Shown here one piece after another: positions 56,811 to 64,000 of a stretch of DNA of 64,000 bases (positions are counted from its first letter, which is position 1; each line of letters begins with the position of its first letter). This stretch comes from Vicugna vicugna (lineage: Eukaryota). The position numbers and the translations under genes are program-made. The stretch spans positions 374,001 through 438,000 of the forward strand of contig MU058557.1 of assembly GCA_013265495.1 (NCBI GenBank), given 5' to 3'. Under the pieces are notes generated by a model. The model made no database searches. It was given only the letters and a program-made list of their open reading frames with translations, and was not told the DNA's origin.

Positions 56811-59800
56811 GAGCACGCTTATTTTAAATCTTAAATAATGTTGCATCCAGAGTGGTGAGACAGACTGGAGCTGGCAGAGTGCCATGAGGGAGTGGAGTGG
56901 GGGTGTGGTCCAGGGAGGCAGCGGCGGGGAGGGGGCTCCCAGCAAAGGTGAACAGATCAGGGCAGAGGAACTAGTGGAGGGTGAGCTGGTTCATCCTTCC
57001 TGGGAAGCAGCCTGGTGGGTTCACCACGTGCTGTGACAGTGCTCCTGCCCTGGCCCCAGCAGCACGCGCACCCCCCCACCCCCATGTTTGTAGGCGGGAC
57101 AGTCGCTGTCAGAAGTGACGGTAAACTTCCACGTGACGTAGAGGATGAGATGAGCAAGGAAGGCGGGACTAGCCGTGACTCCAACAGGCAAACACGCAGA
57201 GGAGGATGTGCCTGGAAACCCAGGAAGGCCTGGCCTAACTGGCTCCCTAGGGTCTTTGCTTGCGCCATCTGATTCTCTCCCCATTATCTGCTCTGCGGGG
57301 AGTGGCTTGAAGAGCAGAGGCACTGCTGCCTCCAGAGGGAGCCACCACTGCCCGGCTGGCAGGGATGAGGGCAGCAGGGTCCTGATGGGGGCTGTGGGAC
57401 GAGATGCAGGCACCCCGTGATGGCTGGGGGCATGCCTGCCTTTCTCCTGTTGGTCCTAAGTCGGATGCAGGGACAAAATGATGGATGCTGTCGGTTATTG
57501 GCCACACACTGGCCGGCCACGGGGCAACTGCTACAGGTTGTTTGGCTTCCTGTGCTGTCGCTGGAGATAGAGGTCTGAGTTCCCGCAGGTCTGCCGTGTG
57601 GGGAGCAGGCAGCTTCCTGGGCTGGTTCCTGCGCATGATGGGTTGGCTCTGGGACAGTCAACCGCATCCCTGTGTCTGTTCCGTGTCTCAGAGCAGAGTC
57701 ACACGGGTGCCCTCTGGGCATCTTTCCTGGCGGTGCTGCCGTGGGAGCTGCAATGGCTCTGAATTTAGCCTCTGGAGAGAGGGGCTTGCTCTGGGTTGAC
57801 CCCTCATGAATCTGTGCCCTGGGCTTTTTGAGGACCCCTGGAGGAAAGAGACGTGGGGTCCCGGGGAGCCCCACATAGCTTCCTGTGTGATGGGTCAGCC
57901 GTGGGCTCTGCCACCCCCCAAGCCCCACGTGGCTCCCTGACCTCCCATAGCCCGGACCTGCCAGCGAGAAGGGCGGCTCCACCTCCTCTGTCCGTAAACT
58001 GGGGCTTAATTGTGTTTTTCGAAGGAGTTTGGGCCCTAAATTAAGTCTGTCCTCATGCAGAGTCCGAGTTTCAGGTTTGGTTGAAAAGCCAAGTGGTGAC
58101 TGACTTGCTACAGAGGAACCCTTGAAACTTAGTCCCCCCACACACAGGGTGTCTCTTTATAGTTTGACATAATTTATATTAATTTTCAAGATGCTTAGAA
58201 GTTTTAAGCCAGTGACTTTCACACCAGTAATTGGGGGAAAAAACTGTAGAAGTTGAATGTGTAGCCAAGACAAAAAGTTCAAATCCTTTATTACCAGAAG
58301 AGATCGAAATACTTTTTTTGTGTGATTTGGTGGTAAGTTCTTTCTTTCATTCATTTAAAAATAGTCGCTAAACAGGTGTTCATGCACGGGGTTGTGATGG
58401 AGCCGGATGGCTTCAGCGGCTGTGTTGGTCAGTTAGACCTATTCACTTTTCTGGGAAGTTTGTCTCAAGGGAAAACAGCTACGGTCACCTAGTTTTCTAA
58501 CTTTTATTTGGAAATAAGTATAGGCCCACAGGAAGTTGTAAGAACATCCTGGAGGTACACCCTTGCCCTGCCTCCCAGTGCTGGCTCTGCGCTGGGTGCC
58601 CAGACACACCGTCCCCACCAGGAAATCGGCTTCCAAGGGCCACAGAGCTGATCTGATTGTGTGTGTGTGTGTGTGTGTGCACGCGCGTGCGCGCGTGTGG
58701 TTCTGGGCAGCTGGAGCACACTCCAAGCTTCCAGGACCCACCACCTCAGCCCCCATGCAGAGGGACGCCCTCGCCCAGAGACCCGCTGGGGCTCACCCCC
58801 CGCCTGTCCTGTTAGCGTCCTTACCGGGGTGGAGCCTGCCGCGTGCAGTCTGTTGGTTTTCTCGTCCAGCGTAAGTCCTGAGACCCACCCGAGTGCCCCG
58901 GCCACTGGTCAGTCCTCTACCGCTGAGCGCGGGCGCTGTGTGCTGGCGCTGGAGCGGCAGCCTCGCCACACAGGGAGGGCCTGGTGTCCGGTTGGGCTAG
59001 TGTGAGTGGAGCGGCTGTGAGCTTTCTTGTACATGTTTTTGCATGAGCATTGGTTTTCCTTTCTCTGGGATAAATGCCCAAGAAGTCACTTAATTTAAGT
59101 TTTTAAATGTTTAACACACAGCGGGTGAGAGCTACAGCACTGAGGGGAGACTTGGAGGTTGGGGGCCTCTTTCTGTCTGTCTTAGGGTCAGGCTGGCGGG
59201 CCTGCAGGGCGGTGGGGGCAGCAGCGCGTTCCCTCTTCGCCGCACAGCCCTGTGATGTTGGCGCCCAGCACACCACGGTAACAGGCCAGCGGCAGTCACT
59301 GGGAGCCACAGGACTGCCTTTTAAAAAGAAGGAAAATTTTTCAGATTGCACATTTTAAAGATTCTAACCCCAACTCAAATGAATTATTTGAAATAAAAGT
59401 ATTTAGCTACTTTACGGACTTGAGAAGAGAGGAAACTCATGCATCACAGCGTACTGTTCCAGCAGGTGTGGACCTTGACAGAGAGCCCGTGGTGTGGCAG
59501 GGCCCAGCCAGGCGTCGCGGGGTAGGTGGGGCCCTGCCCCTTCCTGCTCCGCGTTTTAGTTACGCAGAGGCCTCCAGCTTAGAGGCTGTTGGGAAGAACA
59601 GCTTCCTTGTGTTTCTGCCTCTCAGGTGGTGGCACAGAGAGCCTGCGGCGTCCAGCTGGGCCCCCCAGAGCCCCTGACGGTCTGGCTGAGGCCCAGGAAC
59701 CAGCATCTTCATCCTGCTCCGAGGGATGCTACCTGGGGTGGCCGTAGAAGGCCCCAAGCCCTGGGGAGGACCCTGCCCCTGCCCTGCGACCTTCCAGAAA

Positions 59801-60508
59801 CCCCTCCTTTCCCAGAGCGGGGAACTTGAAGGGGACATGTGGCCTCGGAGGCCCTGGCTGTGCGCACCTGCGCCCAGCAGAGCACTGGGACTGGCAGGTG
59901 GAAAGCAGCCTGCGGGGCCCAGGTTGCTCCGCCAGCACCCTGCAGACGCCCTGCATGTCCAGTGTGTCTCCCCTGTGGCTTCTGGGGCACAGCTTTTCAG
60001 GAGGGCGCTCCGCAGTCTGGGAGAGCTTGTGAAAGCATTGAGTGTCCGGTGTCTGATGTGCAGAAGTGGCTGTCGGTGACCAGGACCGAGTGGCTTTGCA
60101 GCAAAGTCAGCCCACTGGTGACCACAAGGCTCCTGGCCGCCTGTCCTGCTCTTTGGCCCTCGGGCTGTGCCCGGCCACCTCGTTTCACACAGACACCTCC
60201 CTCATAGGCAACAACACTTAGAAATTGGGTGTCACTTTTGAGCCTAGGTCTTTAAAATGTATTTCTTCTGTTCTTGATCCATTTATCTTTTCTGATGGAG
60301 ACAGTTGTGCTGCGGCTTAGCGATGTCCTTTGGAACAACCTTTGCAGAGTCTGTGTGGCTGTGGCCACCCAGAGTTGTGGCTCTATCCCCGCCCCAGGTC
60401 CCCTGTCTGCACAGGCCACCGCTGGCAGTCGGAGACTGAATCTGGGGCCGTGTCTGTGGGGACTCGGGTGGGCTCAGTGGCATGTTTCTTGGTTTCCACA
60501 GGACACGC

Positions 60509-61147
60509 ATGATGTTCGCCCGAGGGTTAAAGAGGAAGTGCACCGAGGACGAGGAGGCGGCGCCCTCCTACAGCCGGCAGCGCCAGTCGCTCCTGGACAT
60601 GTCCCTGGTGAAGCTGCAGCTCTGCCACGCGCTGGCGGAGCCCAGCCTGTGCCGCTCTGTCCTTATCGCCAACACGGTCCGGCAGATTCAGGAGGAGATG
60701 ACGCAGGATGGGGCCTGGCGTGGGGCGGCACCCCAGACCACGGGGCGGGTGCCGCTCGACCGCCTGGTCTCCACGGACATCCTGTGCCGCTCGGCGCGGG
60801 ATGGGGCGGGAGACGGCCCAGCAGCACCGGTTCCGAGGGGCCCGCAGAGCAGCATTTGGGAAGGGGACGGCCCCCTGGAAGACAGAGGAAGCTTTCAGAA
60901 GTCCCTCGATCAGATACTGGAGACGCTGGAGAGTAACACCCCCCTCTCCATGGACGAGCTGTTCTCCGACGTGGACAGCTCCTACTGCAGCCTGGACGCC
61001 GTGCTGACCGGCGTGGTGGGCGGCACTCAGTCGGGCCAGGACGGGCTGGAGGCCCTCGCCACCATGGCCGCCCCACCCCCCAGCGCCAGCTGCAAGTCGG
61101 ACCTGGGTGAGCTGGACCACGTGGTGGGTATCCTGGTGGAGACTTGA
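60509..61147 (+). CDS. CDCA4: Cell division cycle-associated protein 4 (SERTA domain; HEPP/TRIP-Br3)
   Basis: (M)MFARGLKRK, SERTA core QRQSLLDMSLVKLQLCH..EPSLCRSVLIANTVRQIQEEM, ELFSDVD and C-terminal DLGELDHVVGILVET. Acceptor 'tttccacag|' at 60501/60502. ATG at 60509 or 60512. Confidence 0.97.
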   Translation: MMFARGLKRKCTEDEEAAPSYSRQRQSLLDMSLVKLQLCHALAEPSLCRSVLIANTVRQIQEEMTQDGAWRGAAPQTTGRVPLDRLVSTDILCRSARDGAGDGPAAPVPRGPQSSIWEGDGPLEDRGSFQKSLDQILETLESNTPLSMDELFSDVDSSYCSLDAVLTGVVGGTQSGQDGLEALATMAAPPPSASCKSDLGELDHVVGILVET

Positions 61148-62470
61148 GCCACGGCCGTCGAGGTGCAGAACAGAGGGAGTTGTCAGGCCGTGCAATCAGC
61201 TGGAGCCCTGGGTGTGGTGCCCGCTGCCCTGCAGCCAGGGTCCGCTCTGTTTTGCCTGTGTTTCAGAGAATGACCAGCCACCCCCTCTGTCCCCAACCCC
61301 GGGGGGGCCGAGCAGTCTCCTGCAGGCTGGTCGGCCCTCGTCCCTGGGCCTCGTCGCTGTGTCCTGCTCCAGCTCTGCGGAGGACGCACGCCTCCAGCTG
61401 CAGTCAGCCGTGTCCACCTTCAGCTGGGTGGATTTTCTAAAATTACATTTTATATGTTTTGGATAATGTTTTGTCTTAAGATATATTTCTAAGCTTTTTA
61501 TACGTTTATCACTTTAGATTTTTTAGCTATTTTCTTAAAAATATATTTTTTCTATGAATGTTTGCTGCTGCTACATTAGAAACTTACAACTCAACAGTTG
61601 CAGTTGGTGTATTTCATTTTTTTAAGCTCTAAGAAACACTGTTCTTTTTACAAGTGTCGCTGCCCTCCGAGTGGGCAGGGTACGGGCATCGCAGTTTCCA
61701 CTTTAGACTTGGGGGCGGTCCCTCCCCGTATGCGCTGCACCCCTTAGAGCACCGTCAGGGTCGAGGGCCTGGCTCGGTGGAGCCTCTGTCCTCGCGTGGT
61801 TAGAGGTCTGCTGTGCGAGCCAGAACCCCGTCAGACATCACTGCAGACTTCGGAGGGGTCTATGTGCCTGTTTGTGTCTTTGGAGGCAAAGCTCAGGTAG
61901 TCCACCCTGAGGTGTCGTGGGCGCTGCATCCTGAGGATCTGGCTCCCGGGGCCCCTCCCATGCGGCTTCCCCAGCACAGCTGACCTTCTCCCGGAAGACG
62001 CCGCCCTCCCCCTGTGGCCCTCCCTCTGCGGGACTGTCCCGGCTGCTGGGCCGTGCGCGGGGAGGCCGCCGTGTGCCGGCCGCGGTGGGGCGGGCGCGGG
62101 TCTGTGTACCGCAGGACTGGAGAATGTTCACGTGCGCTCTGTAAAACTGGTGCTGGAACAGAATTTTAAGACTAAATTTAAGTCTAGAACTAAAGAAATC
62201 TGGACACGTCCGTTACAGCCCCTCGATCTTGAGGGCAGTCGACCGCAGGGCTGGCTGGGTAGTGCGTTCGCCCCGTGACCCTGCCGGGGGCTCTGAGACC
62301 TCCCACAACTTCTAGATCTTTTTCGCTGGTTTACAAGTAAGACTGCCCTCTCCCCACCCCCACCCCACGCTTCCCATTTCTCATGCTTTTTCTCCCTTCT
62401 CTAGTCCTTAGCCAGAAAGGGTTGTTTTCTTTCATGCATTTCTTAGTATCAGTGATGTACAGCTCATTTT

Positions 62471-62476
62471 ATTAAA
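62471..62476 (+). terminator. Candidate CDCA4 polyA signal (ATTAAA)
   Basis: ATTAAA followed about 20 nt later by GT-rich 'atgtgttgtc'. ACTAAA variants near 62172 and 62188 are alternatives. Confidence 0.4.
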
Positions 62477-62660
62477 AAGTTATCCTACAAAGTGGACATG
62501 TGTTGTCAGTCACCTACCGCGTCTAAATCCTTGAGTGGATCTGCTTTTCTGGTTCAGTTCAGCCAGATTATCTAATGGAGCCAGTGGGGGTGGGAAGGGG
62601 TTTCAGGTGGGTGTGTTGGTAGGCAGGGGAATGAATTTTTAAAAAAATATATTTAATTAA

Positions 62661-62802
62661 TTTTTGGGGTTTTTTTTTGCTTGAGGGGGGAGGTAATTAG
62701 GTTTATTTATTTACTTATTTTTTTAACAGAGGTACTGGGGCTTGAACCCAAGGCCTTGTGCAAGCTGGGCACGCGCCCCACCACTTGGGCTCTCCCCCAC
62801 CC
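62661..62802 (-). mobile_element. tRNA-Ala-derived SINE (Vic-1-like)
   Basis: 'ggggaggtaattaggtttatttatttac...gaggtactggggcttgaacccaaggccttgtgcaagct'. Confidence 0.9.
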
Positions 62803-64000
62803 GGGATGTCTTCATTACCCGACCGCACAGGGCTTCAGGGGCACGCTGCTCCCCTCCCCAGCACAGCGGTGGGGGACAGGTGTGGGACAGGGCCCTTGGA
62901 TCTGGGCCGGGGCTGGGGCCCCAGCGGTGCGGGGAGCTGTGGGTGAGACGTGGGCCGGGCAGCATCCATGAGGTGCTGCTTTCAGATTTAAAGGTATTTT
63001 CTCCTTGGGTCAAGTGTGTTTTATAAGCCGCACACCTGAAGCTGTGCTTTGTGTCTCTAGCATTTCTGTCTACAGGGAATTTGCTCGGTTGCCGAGTAGC
63101 GGCAGGGCCCACGGTACGCGGGCGGGGGCGGGCAGTGGGCGGCGCCTGTGCCCCGGCTTTGGCTTCAGGGCCCCATCTGCTGGCGTGGCTGAGCCCTGCC
63201 GCCTCTCTGCCCTGCTTTGCTTTTCCTAGTTCTTCCCCAGCTGCCCACTGTCGTTCTGGGGCCCCTGGTGTTGCTGATGGTCTAGAAGTCCCAGGCGGGG
63301 CGAGGTGGGGCTCTGCTGGATCTCTCTGCCGTCCCAGCCGGGCTGGCCGATGGGCACCTGGACACCGACCCCCCGGAAGCATCAGCGCATCTCCAGAGAG
63401 GAGCAGGGGCAGGTGGCCAGTTGCTGATGCTGGGTTTGAACATGGACGTGCAGGACTCCCTCCAAGCTCCCACGTGCGCGTGGCCACGGTGTTTTGTCCA
63501 CTTTGCAGAAGGAAAGTGCCAGCCGCAGTTGTGTGGCCGCCATCTTCAGCCCGCCCCCTCCCGTCCCCCTGGCCGGCTGGCAGAGCTTCGCGCAGATCTG
63601 GGCTCCGGGTGAGGGAAGCTTTGTGTGCAGCGAGTCACAGTACGTCTTTGCAGCTGCTTCTGCACACAGAGATTCTGGAAGTGTTCCCAGCCCTGACAAC
63701 CTCTTGGTCAATGGTGAGTCCTTAAGTTGGAAGACTTCTGAACCATCAATAATAAACATACATCGTGCTATCTTTATGGACGATGAGTGATACGAAGTTA
63801 CTGTCACTGAGAAGGAGATTAGAAAGCTCACAGTCAGGAAACTGGGGCACACACTGCTGTGTCGGGTAGTGGTTAATCGCAGCTCTGTTCCTTTTCTGGA
63901 CTTGGTGAACTTCCCTCTAAACTGCCTCCCCGGCTTCCTCCCGGCTTTGGTGTTGTATTTTCATCCCCACCTGGTTTCTGAATAAGCATCGTCAAGTGTC

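Noticed and set aside
60274..61195. 220-aa shifted-frame and 222-aa antisense ORFs over CDCA4
   Set aside because: GC3 shadows. The shifted frame starts in the intron and the predicted exon 1 supplies no ATG.
63382..63852. 156-aa minus-strand ORF as a possible CLBA1 exon
   Set aside because: No resemblance to the CLBA1 C-terminus as I recall it, non-ATG start and no clear splice sites.

Overview
Mammalian, GC-rich genomic DNA, most likely from a camelid: nine copies of a tRNA-Ala(AGC)-derived SINE match the camelid Vic-1 family as I recall it. Two protein-coding genes are supported, both on the + strand and in the order known from human 14q32.33. GPR132 (G2A) has a 7-nt coding start at 34270-34276 spliced to 37595-38679 (363 aa). 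CDCA4 (SERTA domain) has a CpG-island promoter near 53.6-53.8 kb and a single coding exon at 60509-61147. The rest is intergenic or intronic DNA rich in L1, L2, MIR, MLT, MER21 and MER5 fragments. It also holds a ~5.7 kb degenerate ERV provirus with nested insertions (45345-51050), an L1 copy with ORF1 but essentially no ORF2 (~4900-6945), two CpG islands with no visible gene, and several strong CTCF motifs. Almost all other ORFs in the six-frame track are artefacts of high GC content. I see no convincing novel biological system. The best leads are the HAL1-like L1 derivative, the apparent lack of the L1-derived human G2A-a start exon, the nested ERV with GC-asymmetric LTRs, and a shortened CDCA4. 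Repeat subfamily names and human comparisons are from memory and need database confirmation.
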